Notes under the pieces: generated by a model | Databases searched by the model: none | What the model was told of the DNA's origin: nothing | What the model saw: the letters and a program-made list of their open reading frames with translations, nothing else | Part shown: positions 38,319 to 47,134 of the stretch, piece after piece | Layout: each line of letters opens with the position of its first letter | How positions within the stretch are numbered: the first letter of the stretch is position 1 | Assembly: GCA_910588375.1 (NCBI GenBank) | Contig: CAJUQA010000014.1 | Span: 4,524 to 68,523 of the forward strand | Reading direction: 5' to 3' | Length of the DNA: 64,000 nt | Source of the DNA: an uncultured Odoribacter sp. | GTDB taxonomy: Bacteria > Bacteroidota > Bacteroidia > Bacteroidales > Marinifilaceae | Translations under genes and position numbers: made by a program

Positions 38319-39347
38319 ATGAAAATAAAATTTGCCTATCTGTTGTTATTGATTTCCGTCTTTGGGGGATGCAACCAGCATTCCGAAACGGAAAAATATT
38401 ATAAAGAGTATGATAAAGTAATTAATGTTCATGATAGATTGCTGCCGATTAAAATAGAGGACATTTTTATTGGAGAAATTATTCAACTAAATTTATTAGA
38501 TAATTATTTGATTATCGGTGATTACCAATCACCCGATAAACTGATTCATTTATTCGATAAAAACAATTTTAAATATATTTGCAGTACTGGCAATAAAGGA
38601 AAAGGACCGGGAGAAATAACAAATTTAGGACATATCGCCCCGGATAAAATTCATCGAAAATTATACGTTTCAGACAATGGACAAGCAAAGCTATTTTGTT
38701 TTGATGTAGACAGCCTTTTAGCCGATCCCCTCTATCTCCCATATGTAAAATTAAACCTATCTAAAAGTGTCGTGCCAATAAATTACATATATGTAAATGA
38801 TACCCTATGTATCGGGTGTTGTTGGGAAATAATCGGGAATAACAATTTTAAACCCTATGTTGGAAAATGGAATATGCTAAGCAATGAAGTAAAACTAATA
38901 AAATATGAACATCCCGATGTAAAAAGAAAAAGGGTTTCCACTGCTGTTTCCCCAAAATTCGGATTATATATCGAAGCTCACGGGTGCTATGACTTAATAA
39001 CTATCGGCTCTCTTTCCGGGGAATTAAGATGTAATATATACGGACCCAATTGGGAAACTCAATTAAGTAAGAAATCATATTATGGCCGATGTAAATTTTG
39101 TAAAGATAAAATATTTGTAACTTATTTAGCCAAAGACCTATTTACAAAAGAAGCAAATGGGGAAATAAGAGGCAATTATACAACTCAATTTATTATTTTT
39201 GATTTAGAAGGCAATTATCTTCAAACGTTAGAAACCGATTACAGATTAAAAGATTTTATTTATGATGAAGAAAATAATCGCCTTATTATGGGGATAGAAG
39301 ATGCCGACGTGCAGTTTGCTTATTTAAATCTTGACGGGTTATTATGA
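38319..39347 (+). CDS. six-bladed beta-propeller lipoprotein, class A, paralog A2
   Basis: MKIKFAYLLLLISVFGGC lipobox and the GKGPGEIT motif. 342 aa, co-linear with A1 without gaps. ATGA overlap with the next gene. Confidence 0.65.
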   Translation: MKIKFAYLLLLISVFGGCNQHSETEKYYKEYDKVINVHDRLLPIKIEDIFIGEIIQLNLLDNYLIIGDYQSPDKLIHLFDKNNFKYICSTGNKGKGPGEITNLGHIAPDKIHRKLYVSDNGQAKLFCFDVDSLLADPLYLPYVKLNLSKSVVPINYIYVNDTLCIGCCWEIIGNNNFKPYVGKWNMLSNEVKLIKYEHPDVKRKRVSTAVSPKFGLYIEAHGCYDLITIGSLSGELRCNIYGPNWETQLSKKSYYGRCKFCKDKIFVTYLAKDLFTKEANGEIRGNYTTQFIIFDLEGNYLQTLETDYRLKDFIYDEENNRLIMGIEDADVQFAYLNLDGLL

Positions 39348-40204
39348 TGGTTAGAATTATCGCATTCTTTTTGAGTTTATTACTACTCTCTACCTGCCAG
39401 CACAAGGACAAATACAGGATAACAGAATTGATTAAGGCATGGGACGGGAAAGAGATTCTTTTTCCCAAGGAAATGAATATGGTACAAGTAGGAGATTCTG
39501 TCTACACAACCTTGTCCTTAGAAAATTATAAAATAATTGTCTATGTAGATACAAACGGCTGTTTTACATGCAAATTGCATTTGATGGAATGGGAGGATTT
39601 AATTACTGAGTTAGACTCCGTACCCGCCCTTTTTTATTTTGCCCCAAGAAGTACAGACTATGTAAAAGATATTTTGAAAGAAAATCTGTTTTATTATCCC
39701 GTTTGCATTGATGAAAAAGACAGCCTCAACATATTAAATAATTTCCCCAAAGACGAACGGTTTCACACGTTTTTATTAGACTGTAATAATCGGATTAAAG
39801 CTATCGGAAATCCCATAACCAATCCCAAAATCAAAGAACTTTATCTGAAAGTGATTACAGGAGATACGTCGACGAAAAAACAAGTACCCCAAACGACGGT
39901 CGAGTATGAAACAACTATATGTGATTTAGGAGAGTTTACGCCCAAAGAGAAGCGGGAAGCCGTGTTTTCATTAAAAAATACAGGGGCACAACCGCTACTG
40001 GTGGCAGATGTGACAACCTCCTGCGGATGCGCAACACCCCGGTATGACAAAAAGCCAGTAAAGCCAGGAGAAACCATAAAGATTACTGTGGAAATGAAAA
40101 TAAAGGAAGAAGGGTATTTCGAAAAGACAATTTCAGTATATTGCAACACGCAAAATACACCGATTCAATTCAAGGTAAAAGGTAGGGTGGTAGACAAGAA
40201 TTAA
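39344..40204 (+). CDS. thioredoxin-like (CxxC) + DUF1573 lipoprotein, copy 2
   Basis: Lipobox LLLSTC and CFTC at 39560-39571. From residue ~75 to 283 the protein is identical to copy 1. Confidence 0.6.
   Translation: MMVRIIAFFLSLLLLSTCQHKDKYRITELIKAWDGKEILFPKEMNMVQVGDSVYTTLSLENYKIIVYVDTNGCFTCKLHLMEWEDLITELDSVPALFYFAPRSTDYVKDILKENLFYYPVCIDEKDSLNILNNFPKDERFHTFLLDCNNRIKAIGNPITNPKIKELYLKVITGDTSTKKQVPQTTVEYETTICDLGEFTPKEKREAVFSLKNTGAQPLLVADVTTSCGCATPRYDKKPVKPGETIKITVEMKIKEEGYFEKTISVYCNTQNTPIQFKVKGRVVDKN
39566..40191 (+). repeat. 626-bp block identical to 37623-38248
   Basis: See the partner block. Confidence 0.8.
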
Positions 40205-40287
40205 AATTTTAAATGTAAATCATATAAATGAAAAAGAGAGGCATCATAGAGGGGGATAATCCTGTAATCCGATATCTATACCTTTTT

Positions 40288-41454
40288 ATGAAAAATATCG
40301 TATTCATTTTCTGTCTGTGTTTCTATGCTTGTCATTCAACACATATTCCCGAAGCCAAAAATAAAGTGGATTATAAACATCTGCCTCATTTTTCCTCACA
40401 AAAATTACTTCCGCAAAAATTCATTTTAGATTCCATAGTGATAGCCTTGCCGGAAGAAGACATTCTGTCTTCCATGAACGGCCAGTTCTTTTGCAACCAC
40501 GATACGATTTATTTTGCAGACAAACAATTGGCATCATTACTACTGTTTTCCCCCGAAGGGGAATTTATCGGCTATCGCCTGCGCCGAGGCAATGGTCCCA
40601 ATGAAATCAAAGGATTGTTTTCTATTGTACCCACACCTGAAAAACAATACATCATTTTAGACGAAAGCTGGCGCATTTATACATTCAACAACAGCTGGGA
40701 AAAAATCAACCAATTCAATATAGACTGGAGTTCCAAACGCACCTCCGTTGAAAAATATTCGCAAATAGACCCCAACTACCACGACATCTATGAAATACAA
40801 TATTCAAACAACTGTCTCCGTCCTTTTTCGGAAAAATATCTTGTCGTTCCTATTGTTACGGAGCATATAAAGTATAATGCTTATGAGAAGGCTTCCCATT
40901 TTTACGGAAATGCCTATACGTTGGGGTTGCTTGACCTTTCTTCCGGCAAGATAAGCAGCATGCTGTGCCAGCATTCCCCGATTTATCAACGCTATAAATA
41001 TATTCCTAATTTTCAGAACATATTGTATGACGTTTACCAAGACACGCTGGTGTTTTCATTTGAAGCCGACCCGCTTATTTACAAAATGAATCTTCTGGAT
41101 GGCAAAGCTTTTTCATTCGGCATGCCCGGTAAGGATATGAATACCAATTACCGAGAAACGAATAATTTTGAGGATGCGGACAAGAATTACCACAGAGACA
41201 GAAAGAAGTACGGTTATTATCAAGCGTTGAAGTATATCCCGCAAACGGGGATATTGTTCCGGAGTTATTCAAAGGGCGGTAAGGCGGGAGGAAATTCCCT
41301 GCAGGTGTACCGAGGCAATACGCTTGTCGGAGAGTACGGGAATTTGCCTGACAGGTTTCAAGTATACGGCTATATGGATTCGTGGTATTATGCCTGTGCC
41401 GCTCCCGATTTCGAGAATGAAAACCTTATTATTTACAAGTTTAAATTTGAATAA
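40288..41454 (+). CDS. six-bladed beta-propeller lipoprotein, class B (TolB-like/DUF5128-like), paralog B1
   Basis: I use the start MKNIVFIFCLCFYAC (lipobox) at 40288; the track start at 40228 is the alternative. Motif RRGNGPNEIKGLFSI. Confidence 0.55.
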   Translation: MKNIVFIFCLCFYACHSTHIPEAKNKVDYKHLPHFSSQKLLPQKFILDSIVIALPEEDILSSMNGQFFCNHDTIYFADKQLASLLLFSPEGEFIGYRLRRGNGPNEIKGLFSIVPTPEKQYIILDESWRIYTFNNSWEKINQFNIDWSSKRTSVEKYSQIDPNYHDIYEIQYSNNCLRPFSEKYLVVPIVTEHIKYNAYEKASHFYGNAYTLGLLDLSSGKISSMLCQHSPIYQRYKYIPNFQNILYDVYQDTLVFSFEADPLIYKMNLLDGKAFSFGMPGKDMNTNYRETNNFEDADKNYHRDRKKYGYYQALKYIPQTGILFRSYSKGGKAGGNSLQVYRGNTLVGEYGNLPDRFQVYGYMDSWYYACAAPDFENENLIIYKFKFE

Positions 41455-41456
41455 AT

Positions 41457-42662
41457 ATGCTACGCCGGACACTGTTATTGATTTGTTGTACTTTCAGCCT
41501 TTTTTCTCTTGCCGCGCAGGAAAAAATTCACGAATTGGAGGAAGTGACCATCTCCGACCGTTCTTTGGCCCAAATTATTAAAAAAGTTTATTCCCAATTG
41601 AACAGGAAAATAAAAGCACAATCTTATCCATACCCCAATTTCTACGGGAATGCCCGATATGAAAAGATTGTGGAAAGCAAAGGTAAGGCCATACAATTCG
41701 ACCGAGATTACGGACTTTTTCTGACAACCGGCAATGTGAAACATGCCGAATGGGATATTCAATACGCCTTTAACTTCTACCCTGTATATTCCGCTTACAG
41801 CTTCCGTTTATCAAACAGCGGGAAAGACACTCTCAAATTCCATTATCTTACCGGAGGAGCCAACTACAATAAGAATTTTAATTCCAATTCCCGAAAAATA
41901 TTCACAGCCATGCGGGCATTAACCCTTTACGGACCACTTTTCACTTCTCCCAGCTATTATACGTACAAATTAATTGACAACAGCAATAATACATATACCA
42001 TTGCATTCTCCCCGAAAAAGAAATATTACCTAAAAAAAATTCGGACGTTAGCTTATGGAACTTTACAAATAGACAAACAAGACCTCCATCTAAAAAGCAT
42101 GCAATTAGAAGACTTCACCTACCATCATCACTCGCTCGTACGTAAATTCAATAATCATGCCCAGTCTCCTTTCAGTTCCCGAATGAACGTCCGGTTCTCC
42201 TATGAGGGAGAAAACTGCTATATTCATACCTGTTATCTGGAAACTCATTGGGAATATCCGAAAAATGAGTTATATAAAGCAATAGAGGTTGCTTCCCGAC
42301 CTTACCCCGACCGCAATAAAATCGTTGAAAAAGAAGCATGGCAAGTCGAAAATATCGATTCTTTTCCTCATGAATCAGATGAAATTTTCCGTAAATCAAC
42401 AATCGTCGTTTATGGAAGCTATGCAGAAGAAGTATTCAAAACTCCTTCTTTATTGACGGCTGCCCCCCAAGCCATCCAAGATTTAAATCAATACATGGAT
42501 ATTGAAAAACAATACCGGTTATTTAACTATCCGGGGATATGGAATGACCATACATTCGATGAAAGAGTTCCTTATCAAGCACATTTGCAACGAGTTCCTT
42601 TTACACGAATTTTAATTCAAAAACTTTTTAAAGAACCTATACAAAACCATGAAATATATTAA
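41457..42662 (+). CDS. hypothetical secreted protein
   Basis: Signal peptide MLRRTLLLICCTFSLFSLAAQ. It starts 2 nt after B1. I recognise no family. It is the only gene in the cluster without a paralog in the window. Confidence 0.45.
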   Translation: MLRRTLLLICCTFSLFSLAAQEKIHELEEVTISDRSLAQIIKKVYSQLNRKIKAQSYPYPNFYGNARYEKIVESKGKAIQFDRDYGLFLTTGNVKHAEWDIQYAFNFYPVYSAYSFRLSNSGKDTLKFHYLTGGANYNKNFNSNSRKIFTAMRALTLYGPLFTSPSYYTYKLIDNSNNTYTIAFSPKKKYYLKKIRTLAYGTLQIDKQDLHLKSMQLEDFTYHHHSLVRKFNNHAQSPFSSRMNVRFSYEGENCYIHTCYLETHWEYPKNELYKAIEVASRPYPDRNKIVEKEAWQVENIDSFPHESDEIFRKSTIVVYGSYAEEVFKTPSLLTAAPQAIQDLNQYMDIEKQYRLFNYPGIWNDHTFDERVPYQAHLQRVPFTRILIQKLFKEPIQNHEIY

Positions 42663-42744
42663 TTATTTAAGGTGATCGAAGAACACTGGGAAAAGAAATT
42701 ATCCGCTCTCTATAAAAAATAGTAGTTGGTAGTCAAATCCCTCA

Positions 42745-42765
42745 AAATAAATCATTACCTTGCGA
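42745..42765 (+). promoter_or_regulatory. conserved upstream motif AAATAAATCATTACCTTGCGA, copy B
   Basis: Identical 21-mer, 17 nt upstream of the ATG at 42783. It is preceded by AAATAGTA, which resembles the stop-codon context of the Trx-DUF1573 genes. Confidence 0.45.
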
Positions 42766-42782
42766 GTACCCAAATCATTATC

Positions 42783-43811
42783 ATGAATATAAAATTCGCC
42801 TATCTGTTGTTATTAATTTCCGTATTTGGAGGATGTAGCCAGCATTCCGAAACGGAAAAATATTACAATGAATACAACAAAGTGATTAATATTCGCGACA
42901 GGTTGCAAGCGATTGAGATAAAGGATGCTTTTATAGGTGATTTTGCACAATTATACTTAATGGACAATTATTTAATCATAGGGGATCACCTGTCGCCAGA
43001 TAAACAAATTCATCTGTTCGATAAAAACAGTTTCAAATACATTCTTAGCACAGGTTATAAGGGGAAAGGTCCCCATGAAATAACTCGTTTAGGATATATT
43101 GCCACTGATGAAGTCCATCGAAAATTTTATGTTTCCGATCATGGGAAATTAAAAATATTCAGCTATGATTTGGACAGTCTTTTGGCTGATCCATTATATC
43201 TTCCAAGTATAAAAATCTGTATGAATAATAGCCGGTTACCCAATCGATATAAATATGTAAATGACACATTATGTATCGGAAGTATTATAGAGCCTATCGG
43301 AAATAACGACTTCAAGCCATTTGTGGGGAAATGGAATATGCAGACCAATGAAACAAAGTTGATGAAATACGAACATCCCGATGTTAAGAAAAAACGGATA
43401 TTTACCAATGTTTCGCCGGAATTAGATTTGTATGTAGAAGCGCATATACGTCATGACTTAATAACTGTCGGAACCTTGGATGGTGAGTTAAAATACAATA
43501 TATACGGACCTCATTGGGAAACGAAATTAAGTAAAAACGATTACTACGGCCCTATTATTTTCTGTAAAGATAAAATTATTGCGACCTATCTGGCTGAATA
43601 TGGATTTGTTAAAGAAGACAATGGGAGAATTAGAGGTAAATCGCCAAGTAAATTTGTTATTTTTAATTTGGAGGGGGACTATCTTCAAACATGGGAAACA
43701 GGATATGAAATAACAAATTTTGTTTATGATGAAGAGAACAATCGCCTTATTATAGGCTTGGAAGATGCAGACGTGCAATTTGTTTGTTTAAATCTGGAGG
43801 GATTGTTATGA
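42783..43811 (+). CDS. six-bladed beta-propeller lipoprotein, class A, paralog A3
   Basis: I use the start MNIKFAYLLLLISVFGGC at 42783. The GKGPHEIT motif is present. 342 aa, closest to A1. ATGA overlap with the next gene. Confidence 0.65.
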   Translation: MNIKFAYLLLLISVFGGCSQHSETEKYYNEYNKVINIRDRLQAIEIKDAFIGDFAQLYLMDNYLIIGDHLSPDKQIHLFDKNSFKYILSTGYKGKGPHEITRLGYIATDEVHRKFYVSDHGKLKIFSYDLDSLLADPLYLPSIKICMNNSRLPNRYKYVNDTLCIGSIIEPIGNNDFKPFVGKWNMQTNETKLMKYEHPDVKKKRIFTNVSPELDLYVEAHIRHDLITVGTLDGELKYNIYGPHWETKLSKNDYYGPIIFCKDKIIATYLAEYGFVKEDNGRIRGKSPSKFVIFNLEGDYLQTWETGYEITNFVYDEENNRLIIGLEDADVQFVCLNLEGLL

Positions 43812-44818
43812 TAAAAAAGATATTATTTTCCTTATTAGTATTACAAACAGTATTGGGGTGCTCGTCCAATACTACAACAGAAAAACATTTATCCCATCGA
43901 AATAATATCGTGAATGTTCATGACAAGGTTATTCCAATACATATAGATGAACCGTATATCAGTTCAAACTGCAAACCTTACGTAATGGACAAATATTTAT
44001 TTATCGTAGACTTTCAATGTTTAGATAGATTCATCCATATTTTTGACAAAAATACCTTTCAATACCTTTCCAGTATTGCCCCCAAAGGACGTGGACCATA
44101 CGAGTTTATAAACATCGGGGATATTTGCCCCGATGAGAAAAACCGTAAATTTTATGTGTTCGACTTCGGAAAATACAAATTACACAGCTATGATTTAGAC
44201 AGTGTCATCCGCGATCCTTCCTATCGGTTTCATGATAAAGCCAACTTCAAAGAACCTTTATATCCTCACAGATGTTGCTACGTCAACGATACTCTCAACC
44301 TGGTTGCCATTTCGGATGTCGAAAATAACTACAGAAACGTAAATGAGATCGCAGGACTTTGGAATATGCGCACGGGAGAATTGCATATCGGTTATGAAAA
44401 TCCGTACGTAAAGAAAAAACGCTTTCAATTCACAGGCTCGGCAGAGGAAGGCGTCTATGTCAAATGTTATTCCCGCTATGACCTTATGACAATATGTAAC
44501 TTAGACGGAACACTGAAATGCAATGTTTATGGTCCAGAATGGAGCAAGGAAATAACCAATACCTGTCACTACAACATGGACGTTCATATTTGCAAGGATA
44601 AAATACTCGCTCTCTATTCCGGAGCAGATCATCGTTCCAAAGAGCATTATCCTTCAAAAATCCATATTTTTGACACAGCAGGAAATTACATAAAAACATT
44701 GGAAACCGGATTTCACATTCTATATTTTTGGTATGACAAGGAAAAACACCGGATTATTTTCTGCACCTATTATGACGAAATGCTATTCGGATACCTGAAT
44801 TTGGAAGGAATTATATAA
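43808..44818 (+). CDS. six-bladed beta-propeller lipoprotein, divergent class A, paralog A4
   Basis: I use the start MIKKILFSLLVLQTVLGC at 43808. The GRGPYEFI motif is present. The C-terminal half is the donor type for the chimeric paralog A5. Confidence 0.6.
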   Translation: MIKKILFSLLVLQTVLGCSSNTTTEKHLSHRNNIVNVHDKVIPIHIDEPYISSNCKPYVMDKYLFIVDFQCLDRFIHIFDKNTFQYLSSIAPKGRGPYEFINIGDICPDEKNRKFYVFDFGKYKLHSYDLDSVIRDPSYRFHDKANFKEPLYPHRCCYVNDTLNLVAISDVENNYRNVNEIAGLWNMRTGELHIGYENPYVKKKRFQFTGSAEEGVYVKCYSRYDLMTICNLDGTLKCNVYGPEWSKEITNTCHYNMDVHICKDKILALYSGADHRSKEHYPSKIHIFDTAGNYIKTLETGFHILYFWYDKEKHRIIFCTYYDEMLFGYLNLEGII

Positions 44819-44870
44819 ATCTTAAAATCATGCCTAAAATTATTATATACCTCTCTATCTTTTATTTGCG

Positions 44871-44945
44871 TTTTCAATATATTGCAACACGCACAATGCA
44901 CCGATTCAATTCAAGATAAAAGGTAGCGTGGTGGATAAGAAATAG
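44871..44945 (+). pseudogene. 3'-terminal remnant (~24 codons) of a third Trx-DUF1573 gene
   Basis: It translates to FSIYCNTHNAPIQFKIKGSVVDKK*, compared with ISVYCNTQNTPIQFKVKGRVVDKK* in copy 1. The same downstream spacer and 21-mer motif follow. No upstream ORF body is present. Confidence 0.7.
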
Positions 44946-44963
44946 TAAAAGTACGAATCCCCC

Positions 44964-44984
44964 AAATAAATCATTACCTTGCGA
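44964..44984 (+). promoter_or_regulatory. conserved upstream motif AAATAAATCATTACCTTGCGA, copy C
   Basis: Identical 21-mer, 18 nt upstream of the ATG at 45003. Confidence 0.45.
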
Positions 44985-45002
44985 TTACGAAAATATCCAA
45001 CT

Positions 45003-46103
45003 ATGAAATACATAAATTACTATCTTTTAATTGTGGCCTGTTTTTGGACAAGCTGTAAAACAAATTATAAAGAAAACAATACAAGTATCCCATTTAACGC
45101 TCTGCAAGAATATAGACTGGAAGATAGCAAGTTCGATATTTTAACTCCTGTTAAATATATCGTACTACATTCGGGTACCGAGAATATGGAAATTGCCTAT
45201 ACCGATAAAATCGAGACGTTTGATAATAAAATTTATATTGCAGATAAAACGTCTTCCAAATTAGTTGTATTCGATACAACAGGAAAAGCCATTGGATGTG
45301 TGGGACATAAAGGACATGGTCCGGGCGAATATATCAATATTACTGATTTTTCTATTGACAAGGAGGGTAATATCTATATATTGGATTATAATACTTCTTC
45401 CCTGTTAAGATACAACAAAGAGAATGATTTTATCGGCTCTCGAAAATTGCCTTTTAATGCTGAAACATTTCAATGTATCTCCGATAATAAGTTTGCTTTC
45501 AGTTTAACTGCCAATAATTCCGGGAAATATCCGGCTGATCATATTATTATTACAAACAATGATTTAGAGAAAGAAAAAACCATTGCAAGATACGAGAATA
45601 GTACAGATGATAATTTTCATTTATCCAGTTTCGGATTTACCAAAACAAAAAACGGAATATTTTACCACAAGCCGATTGACGACCACGTCTATTTGCTTGA
45701 TGATTCCGGCAACCTTAAAAATGTATTTCTCTTTGACTTTGGAAATAAACTTGTCCCCGATTCTTATAGGACGAATATTGAAGATAAATTAGAGGCTTTT
45801 ACGAACTATACTACATTGACGTTCTTTACTCTCATTTATGATAATTATATTTACGGGTCGTTATTTGACGAAGGACATTACAAACAATTTGTTTTGGATA
45901 GAAATACCCATAAAATCTATAAAAAAACAGATGAAAGTATTGATAGGTACGGACATTGGTTCGGCACCTGCGGAAGTTATCTTGTCAGTGTCTTTCCTCC
46001 TATTTTTGAGAAAAACAATTATCCATCGGATTTTCCCAATGATTTGAAAAAAGCATTGGCAGAAGAGAAAATTGTGCTGTGTTTTTATTCCATTAAACCA
46101 TAA
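45003..46103 (+). CDS. six-bladed beta-propeller lipoprotein, class B, paralog B2
   Basis: I use the start MKYINYYLLIVACFWTSC at 45003. Motif HKGHGPGEYINITDFSI. Confidence 0.55.
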   Translation: MKYINYYLLIVACFWTSCKTNYKENNTSIPFNALQEYRLEDSKFDILTPVKYIVLHSGTENMEIAYTDKIETFDNKIYIADKTSSKLVVFDTTGKAIGCVGHKGHGPGEYINITDFSIDKEGNIYILDYNTSSLLRYNKENDFIGSRKLPFNAETFQCISDNKFAFSLTANNSGKYPADHIIITNNDLEKEKTIARYENSTDDNFHLSSFGFTKTKNGIFYHKPIDDHVYLLDDSGNLKNVFLFDFGNKLVPDSYRTNIEDKLEAFTNYTTLTFFTLIYDNYIYGSLFDEGHYKQFVLDRNTHKIYKKTDESIDRYGHWFGTCGSYLVSVFPPIFEKNNYPSDFPNDLKKALAEEKIVLCFYSIKP

Positions 46104-46114
46104 TACACCCTATC

Positions 46115-47122
46115 ATGAATATAAAATTTGCCTATCTGTTGTTATTAATCCCTGTCTTTGGGGGATGCAAGCAGCATTTCGAAACGGAAAAACATTATAA
46201 AGGGTATGATAACGTCATTAATGTCCATGACAGATTGCAGCCGATTGAGATAAAAGAGGTGTTTTTTAGTGATTTTGCCAATCTATACCTCATGGATAAG
46301 TATTTAATCATAAGTGATTATCATTCTCCGGATAGACACATTCACTTATTTGATAAAAACAGTTTCAAGTACATTTGCAGTACAGGCAATAAAGGAAATG
46401 GACCGGGAGAGATAACGAATTTGGGAGATATTGCTACTGACGAATCTCATGGAAAATTCTACGTTTCCGATCATGGGAAATTAAAAATATTCAGCTATGA
46501 TTTGGACAGCCTTTTGGCTGATCCGCTATATCTTCCAAGTATAAAGGTCTGTATGGATAATAGCCTTTTCCCTTCCGAATATGAATATATAAACGATACC
46601 TTGTGCTTCGGACGCATGATTAAACCTATCGGAAATAATGACTTCAACCCATTTGTGGGGAAATGGAATATGCTGACCAATGAATTTGAATTGATGAAGT
46701 ATGAACATCCCGACGTGAAGAAAAAACGCTTTCAGTTCGCCGTTTCTACCGAGGAAGGCATTTATGTTGAATGTTATTCCCGCTATGACCTTATGATAAT
46801 ATGCAATTTGGACGGCACACTGAAATGCAATGTTTACGGTCCGAAATGGAGCAAGGAGATAACCAATATCTGCCACTACAATATGGAGGTTCATATTTGC
46901 AAGGATAAAATATTCGCTCTCTATTCCGGAGCAGATCATCGTTCCGAAGACTATTACCCTTCAAAAATCCATATTTTCGACACTGCGGGGAATTACATAA
47001 AAACACTGGAAACAGGATATCACATTCTAAGTTTCCAGTATGATAAGGAAAAACACCGGATTATTCTCTGCACCAACGGCGAAATGCAATTCGGATACCT
47101 GGATTTGGAAGGAATTATATAA
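46115..47122 (+). CDS. six-bladed beta-propeller lipoprotein, class A chimera (A1/A3-type N-half, A4-type C-half), paralog A5
   Basis: MNIKFAYLLLLIPVFGGC lipobox and the GNGPGEIT motif. Residues 1-~200 align best with A1/A3. From HPDVKKKRFQF onward the protein aligns closely with A4. Confidence 0.65.
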   Translation: MNIKFAYLLLLIPVFGGCKQHFETEKHYKGYDNVINVHDRLQPIEIKEVFFSDFANLYLMDKYLIISDYHSPDRHIHLFDKNSFKYICSTGNKGNGPGEITNLGDIATDESHGKFYVSDHGKLKIFSYDLDSLLADPLYLPSIKVCMDNSLFPSEYEYINDTLCFGRMIKPIGNNDFNPFVGKWNMLTNEFELMKYEHPDVKKKRFQFAVSTEEGIYVECYSRYDLMIICNLDGTLKCNVYGPKWSKEITNICHYNMEVHICKDKIFALYSGADHRSEDYYPSKIHIFDTAGNYIKTLETGYHILSFQYDKEKHRIILCTNGEMQFGYLDLEGII

Positions 47123-47134
47123 ATTAAAGTATTT

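Larger units (their letters stand above)
36376..40261 (+). repeat. tandem duplication of a 1943-bp two-gene module (propeller + Trx-DUF1573), 2 units, no indels
   Basis: Gene starts at 36376/38319 and 37401/39344 are each offset by exactly 1943 bp. Divergence varies greatly along the unit. Confidence 0.85.

Noticed and set aside
37623-40191. Perfect 626-bp repeat as an assembly artefact
   Set aside because: I cannot exclude this without reads. However, the flanking sequence in both units is distinct and in frame, and both copies give intact ORFs. I therefore treat it as real and flag it for long-read verification.
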